A program made the translations under genes and the position numbers. A stretch of DNA of 64,000 bases from contig JBAZFK010000002.1 in assembly GCA_041653395.1 (NCBI GenBank), positions 33,215-97,214 of the forward strand, given 5' to 3'. The notes below the pieces were generated by a model. The model had not been told where the DNA came from, did no database searches, and was given only the letters and a program-made list of their open reading frames with translations. The stretch comes from Candidatus Nanoarchaeia archaeon. GTDB lineage: Archaea > Nanobdellota > Nanobdellia > Tiddalikarchaeales > Tiddalikarchaeaceae. This document shows positions 39,029 to 48,317 of the stretch, one piece after another (position 1 is the first letter of the stretch; every line of letters starts with the position of its first letter).

Positions 39029-39528
39029 TCAGTTTCATCAGTCTTGCCTTTTAACAGCTCAAACTTTTTCTTTAATTCATTCATCAAATCATTATGGGAA
39101 GGCTTATCATTAATAGGCAATTCAGTGTTATTTTGGATAATTGGAGCTTTTGGAGGGGGAGGTGGCAAGGGAGGATTATTTGCTGGTTTAACTGGATTAT
39201 ATAAATCAGTCAATAATCCAATAGCCATGCTTCTTACCGAGTCCTTTTCAGCAGCATTTGAAAGACTCTCTTTTGGCAAAACAGTCTCTAAATTATTAAT
39301 TTGAGTTTCAATAAGAGCATATTTATTCTCCAATGAATAAACTCTCTGGTCTAATGAGTTAACTTGAGTGTATAAGTCGCTGAATTTTTCATCAAGGTAT
39401 CCTGCCATGCTTATTATGTTTTTAGCAATCAACTCTATTGTTTCTTCAAGATAAACAAGTTTTATGCGAGTCTCATCATCATTAGAGCTGGAATTCAAAG
39501 CATCAATTAAACCAGAACCTTCTCCCAT
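39025..39528 (-). CDS. hypothetical coiled-coil protein with PPLPPPPPK tract
   Basis: 167-aa ORF. Confidence 0.4.
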   Translation of the reverse strand: MGEGSGLIDALNSSSNDDETRIKLVYLEETIELIAKNIISMAGYLDEKFSDLYTQVNSLDQRVYSLENKYALIETQINNLETVLPKESLSNAAEKDSVRSMAIGLLTDLYNPVKPANNPPLPPPPPKAPIIQNNTELPINDKPSHNDLMNELKKKFELLKGKTDETD

Positions 39529-39718
39529 AATAACTTATAATGTCTCTGAAAACTTATATACTTTTTTCAAACAAAAAATTATATAAATATAACAGGCTAA
39601 TTTAAATCTATAAACATGAAGCCAAGTACTATTTTAATAAGAGAAAGCAAAGCTTTAGTCTTATTAGTCAAGTATTAGGTTTCACTTTTTTAAAAATTTT
39701 TTTGCAGGTGAAACAATA

Positions 39719-40027
39719 ATGAACAGTGATAACTATAAAAAAAATAAGATAAAAAACTTGGAAGAGCAATTAATCAATAAAGGTATAAACGAGTGTTTCA
39801 TAACTTCGGTTTACGAAGTGAACAATAATCCAATACAAACTTTCAGGAATATCTACCTTGAACTTAAAAAAAATGAGCAATCTGTGCAGAGCTATAATTC
39901 ATTAGAGCTTGAGCTTATTAAAAAAGGTGTTAAAGAAAATACAATAAATGTTTTAAAGAGAGCTTTAAAAGACTACATTAAATATATGGGCCTTTTGAAA
40001 AAAATTTATGAAAAATACAAGAGTTAG
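39719..40027 (+). CDS. small hypothetical protein
   Basis: 102-aa ORF. Confidence 0.35.
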   Translation: MNSDNYKKNKIKNLEEQLINKGINECFITSVYEVNNNPIQTFRNIYLELKKNEQSVQSYNSLELELIKKGVKENTINVLKRALKDYIKYMGLLKKIYEKYKS

Positions 40028-40028
40028 A

Positions 40029-40361
40029 TTATTGTTTTTTTGATTCTATTTTTTTTATCTGCTTAACACATTTTTTAAGGCTTTGTGTGTAAACATTGAA
40101 AGTTTCATGGAAATAGTTGAATGAAATCAAAGGATTTGTTTGGCTTAGCACATAAAAGACTGCAGCATTTGCAACAGTATTGTATTGCCTTTGATGAGTA
40201 ATGCTTGCGTAATAATCAGAGATTATGCCTTTAATTTTAGATAATTGAGCCTCGTCTTTCAGGTTAAAATCCTCACAAGTAACCAAAGCAATTTCGTAGG
40301 TTTTTTTAATGTGATTGTTCAATAATTCACCCAAATCCTTTAAAATTGCATCTTTTACCAT
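40029..40361 (-). CDS. small hypothetical protein
   Basis: 110-aa ORF. Confidence 0.35.
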   Translation of the reverse strand: MVKDAILKDLGELLNNHIKKTYEIALVTCEDFNLKDEAQLSKIKGIISDYYASITHQRQYNTVANAAVFYVLSQTNPLISFNYFHETFNVYTQSLKKCVKQIKKIESKKQ

Positions 40362-40425
40362 AATTTAATAGTAAATTATTCTATTTAAAAAACTTATTAA
40401 AAACCCAAATCTCATTAATATTTAT

Positions 40426-40499
40426 GCCCCTGTAGTATAGCTTGGATAGAACAAGAGATTGCGGATCTTTAGACCCGGGTTCAAATCCCGGCAGGGGCA
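40426..40499 (+). tRNA. tRNA-Arg (anticodon GCG)
   Basis: acceptor gcccctg/caggggc, anticodon arm agaga uuGCGga ucuuu (one G-U), T-arm ccggg ttcaaat cccgg. Confidence 0.7.
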
Positions 40500-40550
40500 T
40501 TGGAAGAAAGGTGTAACACCCTAGTCTTTGCTTTATAAATAACTTTGGAG
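40487..40550 (+). repeat. att-like direct repeat copy 1: tRNA-Arg(GCG) 3' end plus 51 nt of trailer
   Basis: 64 nt nearly identical to 43029..43092 (1 mismatch). The first 14 nt are also at 49753..49766. Confidence 0.6.
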
Positions 40551-40600
40551 ATAAATTAATTTAAATTATAAATATATTGTAACTAAAGAAGTATTAATTA

Positions 40601-40681
40601 AATACTAATATCTACTAAAATGTACTAAATTAGTAGATACTTTTATAAATACTAATTTGCATTAAATTAGTAGATAACTAT
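40601..40681 (+). promoter_or_regulatory. Fic promoter/operator: perfect TATA box tttataaata flanked by palindromes (t)cTACTAAaTTAGTAga
   Basis: Palindrome copies at about 40621-40639 and 40661-40679. Related copy downstream of the gene at 42020-42044. Confidence 0.45.
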
Positions 40682-41990
40682 GAATATTCCTGAATTTCCA
40701 AAAGAAAAATTAGTATCTCCCAATGAAATAATGCCTTTTCTAAGTGATAAAAAATTAATGGAAATTATAAAAAAATTTAATGAAGAATACATCCCTTTTG
40801 AAAAACTAAAAAGAAAAGTTTTGCCTAAGGAAGTAAATGTTGAGCAATTGTGGACTATAATGAAAATCTTCAGAAGAAGCAATTATAAAACTGTTAAAAT
40901 AAAAAGTTATGAATTTAATTATTCCTTAAATGATGATTTTCAAAGCAAAATTCATAATTTAGACATGAGCTGCGGAGGAAAATCATTAAACATTAATTTT
41001 CCGCATATAAGCAGCCAAGAGAAAGAAAGATACATTATTAGCTCTTTAATGGAGGAAGCCATTGCATCAAGTCAGCTTGAAGGAGCATCAACAACCAGGA
41101 AAGTGGCAAAAGAAATGCTTAGAAGCAACGCAAAACCAAAATCTTATTCAGATAAAATGATACTCAATAATTATAATACTATGCAAGAAATAGTCAAAAT
41201 GAAGGATGAAAATCTCACAATGAATATGATTTTAAAAATTCATAAATTAATAACTAAAGGCACATTAGAAAGTGAAAAAATGGAAGGTTCTTTTAGGGAT
41301 ACCGATGAAATTGTGGTGGGTGACCCTATAAATATTGAAATAATTTATCATCATCCGCCTAAAAATAGTGAAATAAAAGAGCTTATTGAAGTATTATGTT
41401 ATTTTATAAACAATGATTCAGAATTTATTCATCCGATAATAAAAGCAATAATGCTTCATTTTTTTATAGGTTATATACATCCTTTTTATGACGGAAATGG
41501 AAGAACAGCAAGGGCCTTATTTTATTGGTATATCATAAAGAAAGGATATTGGTTATTTGAATACATGTCTGTTTCAAGGATAATATTAAGGTCAAAAGTT
41601 GATTATGGTATGGCTTATTTATATACTGAACATGATGAAAATGACTTGAATTATTTTATAAAATATAATATTGACTGCATAGAAGAAGCTGTAAAAAATA
41701 CGGAAGAATATATATTAAAAAAACAAAGAGAACAAAGAGAACTTCTTAATATAATACAGCAAACAAAGGGGCTGAATTTAAGGCAAGCTGAAATAATTAA
41801 GGATGCAGCAAAAAATAAAAAACCAATAATAATAAATGAAGTAATAAACACTTTTGGAGTAACTTATCAGACAGCAAGAACTGATCTTTTAGGTTTAGAA
41901 AAAAAAGGATTTTTATCAAAAATTAAGATACAAAAAATGTTCATTTTTAAACTAAATGAAGATAAATTTAAAGAAATAATAAATAAATAG
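40680..41990 (+). CDS. Fic/Doc family protein (AMPylase), class II with N-terminal inhibitory helix motif, C-terminal wHTH
   Basis: Fic motif HPFYDGNGRTARAL. Inhibitory S-x-x-x-E-G (SSQLEG) motif about 120 aa upstream. C-terminal HTH-like segment. Confidence 0.85.
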   Translation: MNIPEFPKEKLVSPNEIMPFLSDKKLMEIIKKFNEEYIPFEKLKRKVLPKEVNVEQLWTIMKIFRRSNYKTVKIKSYEFNYSLNDDFQSKIHNLDMSCGGKSLNINFPHISSQEKERYIISSLMEEAIASSQLEGASTTRKVAKEMLRSNAKPKSYSDKMILNNYNTMQEIVKMKDENLTMNMILKIHKLITKGTLESEKMEGSFRDTDEIVVGDPINIEIIYHHPPKNSEIKELIEVLCYFINNDSEFIHPIIKAIMLHFFIGYIHPFYDGNGRTARALFYWYIIKKGYWLFEYMSVSRIILRSKVDYGMAYLYTEHDENDLNYFIKYNIDCIEEAVKNTEEYILKKQREQRELLNIIQQTKGLNLRQAEIIKDAAKNKKPIIINEVINTFGVTYQTARTDLLGLEKKGFLSKIKIQKMFIFKLNEDKFKEIINK

Positions 41991-42148
41991 TTTATAAGCC
42001 TCATTCAAATACTAATATTTACTAATATCTACTAAATTAGTATTTAAGCATCATTTCTCTTTTCATGTGCCCTAAGGCTTTGAAAAGCAGTTTTTCTTTA
42101 TGGTTTATCTTTGTAGCAATTATGAAAGACTCTCGGGAACTAGCATCT

Positions 42149-42880
42149 TTATTGTGAAGATTTTTTTATAAGAGATTTTAAAAAAGAATATTCTTTTTGT
42201 AATTCACTAATATAATCCTTATTTTCAAAGGGAATCACACTCTCAATTATTGTTGGAATATTAGGGACTAAATGAGAAATCATCTCTTTTTGCTGTGTTA
42301 TATAAATAGGATAATGCTGTTGTTCATCTTTGCCATGTTTTTTATAACCGCTAACATGAATTTCTTTTATTGAATTATTATAATTTTTTAACAAATTATT
42401 AGATAAATTCATATTTTTATCAACAATATAATCATGAGTTAAGTCAAGGACTAGCTTATGATTATTTTCTATTATCTTAATAATTTCATCTAATTTATAA
42501 CCAAAACCATCTTTTCTTCCAATATTTTCAAATAAAAATGGCAGGTCATAATCTTTGAATATGTTCCAATCATCCACAATATCAGAATGAATTATAATAT
42601 TATCAAATTTGAAAATCTTATTGTATTTAACAATAGTATTTAATAATTTTCTTGTTTCAACATTATTTGCATATCTTAATTCTTCAGATGAATGCAATGA
42701 AACATAATTAAACTTTTTAAGCTTATTAATATCTAAAATATTTAATAATTCAATTCTGTAATTAAAAAGTGCGCATAATTCAATGGCATTGCAACCCGTT
42801 GAACTTATTGCATCAACCGCTTCATTGGACAAAGGTTCCAAATGTTTATATAAACTTCCAGTGCTAAAACCCAAAATCAT
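42149..42880 (-). CDS. sugar phosphate isomerase/epimerase (xylose isomerase-like TIM barrel) family protein
   Basis: N-terminus MILGFSTGSL...AIEL matches the family start. Length 243 aa. Confidence 0.45.
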   Translation of the reverse strand: MILGFSTGSLYKHLEPLSNEAVDAISSTGCNAIELCALFNYRIELLNILDINKLKKFNYVSLHSSEELRYANNVETRKLLNTIVKYNKIFKFDNIIIHSDIVDDWNIFKDYDLPFLFENIGRKDGFGYKLDEIIKIIENNHKLVLDLTHDYIVDKNMNLSNNLLKNYNNSIKEIHVSGYKKHGKDEQQHYPIYITQQKEMISHLVPNIPTIIESVIPFENKDYISELQKEYSFLKSLIKKSSQ

Positions 42881-43010
42881 TTAAAATAAGAATAAATCGG
42901 TATTTAAATATTTATTTAATATTGCTTTAGGGAGTAATAATAATTATTTAAATAAGGAGTTATAAATAATAAAATTGTTTTTATTTATATTTAATAAAAA
43001 ATAGGGGCAG

Positions 43011-43092
43011 TTAACCTTTTCTTTGTCGCCCGGCAGGGGCATTGGAAGAAAGGTGTAACGCCCTAGTCTTTGCTTTATAAATAACTTTGGAG
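43011..43092 (+). repeat. att-like direct repeat copy 2, with element-side arm ttaaccttttct
   Basis: cccggcaggggcattggaagaaaggtgtaacGccctagtctttgctttataaataactttggag. Arm motif shared with copy 3. Confidence 0.6.
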
Positions 43093-43470
43093 GTATTTAA
43101 ATTTATGAAAGACGCATGGGAATTGCACCATTACTATGAAGACTTAGAAAGAAAAGTAAAAAGCAGTTATTATTCAAAATATTATTTAACAATGTTTGGA
43201 GTAGTAAACGAATTCATTTTTTTATTAAGTAAATTTGTTGCACTTATTAATAAAGAAAATTTAAAGGGCTGGTTTAGTTCTGTTAAAAAATGCTCATCAA
43301 TGAAAAAAACAATAAAAGAGTTTTTACCTTTAACTGAATTAATATTAAATAGTAGAACTCCTGAAATTATGTTTGATTCATGCGAAAAATTATGGAAAAA
43401 CTGCAATGAATTAGCTAATAATAAACAAGTAGAAATAAAAAATGTAAATAATTTAAAAGAAATAATTTAA
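43087..43470 (+). CDS. hypothetical protein
   Basis: 127-aa ORF starting inside att copy 2. Confidence 0.35.
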   Translation: MEVFKFMKDAWELHHYYEDLERKVKSSYYSKYYLTMFGVVNEFIFLLSKFVALINKENLKGWFSSVKKCSSMKKTIKEFLPLTELILNSRTPEIMFDSCEKLWKNCNELANNKQVEIKNVNNLKEII

Positions 43471-43519
43471 TTAAAACACAATAAATAGTTTTTTAAAAAG
43501 AATTTTTTCAAGTTAATTT

Positions 43520-44800
43520 ATGGGAAAACATAAAACTTTGGATTTTAAGTATTATACTTTAGATAATGGTTTAATAGTTGCTTATAAAAAAACAGGGAAT
43601 AATACTGTTTCAATAGACTTAAATGTTGGAAGCGGTTCATTAACTGAAAAAGATAATGAAAAAGGATTATGCCATTTGTTGGAGCATTGTTTATATAATG
43701 GAGCAACTGCAAAATATGATGTCTCCCAATTAAGTGAAATTAAGTCAAATTTTGGATACACTAATGCTTTTACTGCAGTTAAACCAATATGTTTTTCAGG
43801 AGAAATGCTAAAAGAAGATGCTGAAATTTATTTAGATTTTATATCTCAGGTCGCTTTTAATTCAAGATTTGATGAATCTACTTTAAATCAGGAGAAAGAA
43901 AGAGTTTTAAGGGAGATTTCAGACAGAAAAATAAACATTTCATCTGAGCATATTCAATTATTTGATAAGGCTTTTTTTGGAGATTTGAAGAATGCTTACA
44001 ATGTTTTAGGAGATGAAGAAACTGTAAAAAATGCTTCAGTTATTGATTTAAACAATATATATGGTAGAAATTTTAATGCAAGCAATATGGGTTTGTTTCT
44101 TTATGGAGGATTGCCAGATAATATAGAAAATCTTATTAAAACCTATTTTGGAGGATATCCTAAAGGAAAAAGATTTATGTTTAATACCCAAAAATATACA
44201 CCTAATCCTACTGAATCATTTCTTTATTTTAAAGTGCCTTATTTTTTAAATAAAGAAAATCCTAAATTAAGCAGCGCTGAACTAAATTTAAGAGTTATTG
44301 CCCCAAATTCAGATGAAAAATATTTCTATGAAATGCAAATACTAAATGATATACTTGGAAATTCTTATAATTGCCTTCTTTTTAATGAAATAAGCAAAAA
44401 AAAAGGATTGGCATATAACATAAATTCAAAATTTATTGAGTCCCAATATAATTTTATAAGCATATCTGGCATGGTTTCTGCAATGAAATATGAAGAAGCA
44501 ACCTCTTCAATATTTGATATATTTTCAAAGTTAAGAAGTGAATTAATACCTGAAGATTTATTAATAAAAAATATAAAGAGCAACAAGTTTCAGCTTTCAA
44601 AAATTTACGAATCAAACCAAGGCAATATTAATATGATGAAGGCAAATATTTATGATAATTTTGACATAAATGATGTATTTGATATTATGAAAAATATTAA
44701 TTCAGAAAGCATAAGGGAAGCCGCCAATATTTATTTGCCTGAAAATATTAATGACAAAAAGTATACCTTAATGATAAGAAGCCCATTTGATGAAAAATAA
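43520..44800 (+). CDS. M16-family (pitrilysin/insulinase-like) zinc peptidase-like protein
   Basis: Inverted zinc motif HLLEH near the N-terminus and a downstream Glu region. Two-domain size. Confidence 0.55.
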   Translation: MGKHKTLDFKYYTLDNGLIVAYKKTGNNTVSIDLNVGSGSLTEKDNEKGLCHLLEHCLYNGATAKYDVSQLSEIKSNFGYTNAFTAVKPICFSGEMLKEDAEIYLDFISQVAFNSRFDESTLNQEKERVLREISDRKINISSEHIQLFDKAFFGDLKNAYNVLGDEETVKNASVIDLNNIYGRNFNASNMGLFLYGGLPDNIENLIKTYFGGYPKGKRFMFNTQKYTPNPTESFLYFKVPYFLNKENPKLSSAELNLRVIAPNSDEKYFYEMQILNDILGNSYNCLLFNEISKKKGLAYNINSKFIESQYNFISISGMVSAMKYEEATSSIFDIFSKLRSELIPEDLLIKNIKSNKFQLSKIYESNQGNINMMKANIYDNFDINDVFDIMKNINSESIREAANIYLPENINDKKYTLMIRSPFDEK

Positions 44801-44825
44801 AATTTTTATTTTAAAAAAACTTATT

Positions 44826-45080
44826 TTATAACTTTTTTTCTTGCATTTTTTCTAAAAATATTTGCCCTTCTCTTTCTATATCATAATCATTAATTCCATC
44901 ACTAAATTTTCTATATTCGATAAAATGTATATTTTCTAATTTTTTTAAAATGTTTTTTAATTCAATTTCATTAAATTTTGATTTATTTAATAATTCATTA
45001 AAAGTAATACCTTTGCATGCTTTTTTATTAATAATTTTTAAAATTCTTATTTCTTTAACATTTAACTTTAAAAGTTCCAT
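44826..45080 (-). CDS. small hypothetical protein, possibly wHTH
   Basis: 84-aa ORF. Confidence 0.3.
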   Translation of the reverse strand: MELLKLNVKEIRILKIINKKACKGITFNELLNKSKFNEIELKNILKKLENIHFIEYRKFSDGINDYDIEREGQIFLEKMQEKKL

Positions 45081-45101
45081 AAAATTATGATTACTTCAAT
45101 A

Positions 45102-45380
45102 TTAATATTTCTTTCTTTTCATCTTAAATTCTTCATTTTTTCTTTTTACATATTCTATTATTTCAATAGGCACTCTTTTGTCTATGTATCTGATGATTTC
45201 AGGCCTGACTTTGCCGTTTACTCTTATGCTCATTGCTACATAGTAGTAGACTCCGAGTTTTCCGTTTTTTAGTGTGACTATTTTCTTTTTTATATACATA
45301 AAAAATATTGGGATTAAAGAAATATTTAAGCAACTATTTTTTGCAAATAAAGAATAAGAATGTTTCTTTAAAATTGTCAA
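45102..45380 (-). CDS. small basic hypothetical protein
   Basis: 92-aa ORF overlapping the 3' end of the methyltransferase gene. Uncertain. Confidence 0.25.
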   Translation of the reverse strand: MTILKKHSYSLFAKNSCLNISLIPIFFMYIKKKIVTLKNGKLGVYYYVAMSIRVNGKVRPEIIRYIDKRVPIEIIEYVKRKNEEFKMKRKKY

Positions 45381-46074
45381 AAAATGAATATTTTTTATTG
45401 TGTATTATTTTATTTTTTGGAATTAGGGTTATTTCACTAAATCCTGCTTTTTTTAATTTATTAATGTAATAATTAGGCATTGCAAAATGAGCATATAAAT
45501 CTTTGCCGTAATCATTCCAGTGCAAGTCACCAAAATATTTCTCGTTATTTTTTACTCCAAATATTTTTTTTAAGTAAAATGAAAAAAGCTTTTTAATCCA
45601 AATATTCCAATATTTAAACCCTTTACCTGGATATAAAAAAGTGTGGGTTGTGAAGACAAAATATCCTCCTTTTTTCAATGATTTTGACACATTATTTAAA
45701 GACTTTTGAATATCATCTGGAGAGATATGTTCAATACCATTAAAAGAGAATAAAGCATTATCAAAAAAGTTTTCAGGATAATCTATTTCAGTTAAACTAA
45801 TTGTTTCAAATTCAATATTTATTTTATTCTTTTTAGCATTATTCTTAGCAATTTTAATCATTGAAGGAGTAATATCAATTGCATAAACTTTATTGCCTTT
45901 TTTTGCCAATGGAATTGAGGTTCTTCCTCCACCGCAACCAATATCAAGTATTTTGGACCCTTTTTTAAATAATTTATTAAATAATTTCTCTTCTTCGGGC
46001 CATAAACCTATTTTAGAATAAATATCTTGTGCCTTCTTCGTACTATAACCTTCAGTGATTTCCTTTGAGTCCAT
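45334..46074 (-). CDS. class I SAM-dependent methyltransferase (small-molecule/UbiE-like)
   Basis: ILDIGCGGGRTSIPLAKKG motif I, acidic loop, FSFNGIEH. Confidence 0.7.
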   Translation of the reverse strand: MDSKEITEGYSTKKAQDIYSKIGLWPEEEKLFNKLFKKGSKILDIGCGGGRTSIPLAKKGNKVYAIDITPSMIKIAKNNAKKNKINIEFETISLTEIDYPENFFDNALFSFNGIEHISPDDIQKSLNNVSKSLKKGGYFVFTTHTFLYPGKGFKYWNIWIKKLFSFYLKKIFGVKNNEKYFGDLHWNDYGKDLYAHFAMPNYYINKLKKAGFSEITLIPKNKIIHNKKYSFFDNFKETFLFFICKK

Positions 46075-46110
46075 ATTAGTTATTTAATTAAAAGTAATTT
46101 ATAACTGTTT

Positions 46111-46251
46111 CTTTGTATTCTTATTGTTCTAAATTGCGGATTTACGGATTTGCTAAATTGAAGGCTTGCTGTTTAATTTTGTTCGCTTTTAACAAATTCG
46201 CGACTCGCGAATTTCTTATTTTTGCATAAAATAAACAATCAAGCCTTACTG
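46111..46251. repeat. about 140-bp nested long inverted repeat, MITE-like or large hairpin
   Basis: Arms ttgcggattt / aaatccgcaa and aaggcttg / caagcctt, plus a central perfect palindrome aaattcgcgaCtcgcgaattt (46174-46194). Confidence 0.5.
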
Positions 46252-46362
46252 CTAAGAAATCCGCAAATACGAGAAAATAAAGTGTAAGATTTGTAAAAAA
46301 TTAATTAATAAATATTTTCCATAGCATTCTATACTCCATAGGATGTTGGATAATATTTTTAA

Positions 46363-46539
46363 TTATTCATTCTTTTTTTCAATGCTCATTATTTCTTCAG
46401 GAGCATTTGTGAATACTATTATACTATTGCATTTTGAGCATTGCATCACATAAGTTGCACATATCAATTTAGCATTTGAGGTTAATGCTTTGTTGCTTAT
46501 ATTTATTTCATTTCCGCAATTGTTGCATTTTATTGGCAT
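46363..46539 (-). CDS. small zinc-ribbon protein
   Basis: 58-aa ORF not in the track. CNNC ... CSKC. 7 nt downstream of the 46530..46940 gene. Confidence 0.35.
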   Translation of the reverse strand: MPIKCNNCGNEINISNKALTSNAKLICATYVMQCSKCNSIIVFTNAPEEIMSIEKKNE

Positions 46540-46940
46540 GATTTTTCACCTGAACAATATTGTACTTCTTTTTTTCTGTAAGGAATAGTTATAACTGATT
46601 TTATTACTGTTTCTTTTTTTGTTTCTTCATTAAATCTTGCCATATTAAGAGAATAATCAAGATTTATTAAAAATTTTACAAATTCATTTTTAGTATTTAA
46701 CTTATAAAGTATCATGTTTCCTTTTTTTTCACTAATTAATACTTTTTGTTTTACTAAATCATCACATATTTGTTGTAATGTTGTTCTTGATACTTTAGTT
46801 TCGTTGTTAATTTCTACTTTTGAGTAGCTTCCAAAAAGGTTTTCTATAAAGAAATCAATAACTTTAATTTTTGGAGATTCTCCTAAATATTCTAATAATA
46901 AACTTGCCATAATATCAACCTTAACTAATAAATAAGACAA
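46530..46940 (-). CDS. winged-helix DNA-binding protein (putative transcriptional regulator)
   Basis: N-terminal wHTH-like segment. Start possibly at an internal Met. Confidence 0.4.
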   Translation of the reverse strand: MSYLLVKVDIMASLLLEYLGESPKIKVIDFFIENLFGSYSKVEINNETKVSRTTLQQICDDLVKQKVLISEKKGNMILYKLNTKNEFVKFLINLDYSLNMARFNEETKKETVIKSVITIPYRKKEVQYCSGEKSCQ

Positions 46941-46966
46941 AGGTATTTATAAAAGTATGGTCATAT

Positions 46967-47296
46967 TTGTCCAATTATTGGACAATGTTTTTAAATAATC
47001 TCTTTTTTAAAAAACATATGGAATTATCAAAAGATGACCTTGAAGCGCAGATAGTGTGGAAATTATTTCACAATGGAAAATTTGGAAAAGGCCATTTTAC
47101 TGAAGAAACTATTCTGAAAGGTATTCCCAAGAATATGTGGGGAGATGCAAGAGCAACAATAAAAGACTTAATAAAAAAAGATATTATTCAATACAAAGAC
47201 CATGATCATGGAGGAGCATATTCACTAAACAATCAAAACAAAATTTTATGGAAAGATATAATTGACAAGAAAATGAAAGAATTGGGAATAATTTAA
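46967..47296 (+). CDS. small hypothetical protein
   Basis: 109-aa ORF. Confidence 0.4.
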   Translation: MSNYWTMFLNNLFFKKHMELSKDDLEAQIVWKLFHNGKFGKGHFTEETILKGIPKNMWGDARATIKDLIKKDIIQYKDHDHGGAYSLNNQNKILWKDIIDKKMKELGII

Positions 47297-47366
47297 TACC
47301 TCATTTATATATTTCTTTGTTCCTAATCTTTTCATGCTTTCAGTTAATAATGAGCAATTGACTGAA

Positions 47367-48317
47367 TTATTGGATTTTTTCAAAAGTTTCTACGAATTTA
47401 TCAGGACCTGATTTTATTAATTCTTTTACTTTTTCATTTCCCAATTTTTCGCTTATATCTTTCCACATAACATACCCTACATGATATATTGGGCCGTTTC
47501 CATTGTAAAGAACATTATTAAGATTCTTTGAAAAATTAGAGCTAGGATCATTTAATGCTGATTCAAGGTTTATAAAAAGATTTTTAGCGCTCTCTTTTGA
47601 CATTATGTAGTCGCTTTTTTTAATTTTATCAACTATTTCGAAATTTGTTAATTCATCCTTGATTAATCCAAGAATTATCTCTTGCCATAATTTTTTTTCT
47701 TTAAGAACCTCATAATATGCATCGTAATGCTCTGATTCTATGAATGTTGCCAAGCCTTCGCCAAAAAGCGTTTCTTTAAAATGATTTTCTGATTTAGTGT
47801 ATCCAATCTGATCCAAGTATAAATGGCTTGCTTCATGTGAAACCATGGATTCTAATGATTTTAAAGCCTGCTCTATTCCTTTCTTTTTTAATTCCTGCAT
47901 AGTTATTTCTTTAGGTTTAGGCATTTTCATTATTTGATGGTATAAGTGTGTGAAGTTTATTCCAAAAGAATTATCTCCAATTATTCTTGCAGAAGTTCCT
48001 ATATCTGCTAAGAATACTATTTCAGGAGATTTATAGTTCATATTAGGCATTGCTGATTTAGCAGTGTTTAATCCTTTAATTATTGCTTTTTCATATTTGC
48101 TTTCCAATATGTCTCTAAAAATGTATCCTTGAATCATTCTTTTTTCAGGGTTTAATTCTGATAAATATTTATAAAATTCGCAGTCAACAGTTTTATCTAA
48201 AAAACCGATTCTGCCTTCAGATTTAAGCTTTTTTTCAAGAACTGGCAAAACATTTGAAATATCTGAATGGTAAGCCTCTAAAATGCTGCTTATTTCATCT
48301 TTTATTACAAATTCCAT
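47367..48317 (-). CDS. HExxH-motif protein, putative zinc-dependent peptidase
   Basis: MVSHEASHLYLD plus downstream GEGLATFIESE. Possible third ligand. Confidence 0.45.
   Translation of the reverse strand: MEFVIKDEISSILEAYHSDISNVLPVLEKKLKSEGRIGFLDKTVDCEFYKYLSELNPEKRMIQGYIFRDILESKYEKAIIKGLNTAKSAMPNMNYKSPEIVFLADIGTSARIIGDNSFGINFTHLYHQIMKMPKPKEITMQELKKKGIEQALKSLESMVSHEASHLYLDQIGYTKSENHFKETLFGEGLATFIESEHYDAYYEVLKEKKLWQEIILGLIKDELTNFEIVDKIKKSDYIMSKESAKNLFINLESALNDPSSNFSKNLNNVLYNGNGPIYHVGYVMWKDISEKLGNEKVKELIKSGPDKFVETFEKIQ

Larger units (their letters stand above)
40551..43028 (+). mobile_element. putative integrated island 1 (Fic AMPylase plus a TIM-barrel enzyme) between att-like repeats. No integrase seen
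   Basis: Bounded by the duplicated tRNA 3' end/trailer. Cargo is accessory-type. Confidence 0.4.

Noticed and set aside
40487-43092. Interpreting the 64-nt duplication as a simple tandem segmental duplication rather than att sites
   Set aside because: The repeat begins precisely inside the tRNA 3' end, as classic tRNA-targeting integration does. A third core copy with the same non-tRNA arm exists at 49735. Island boundaries fit better than random duplication, though this stays an inference.
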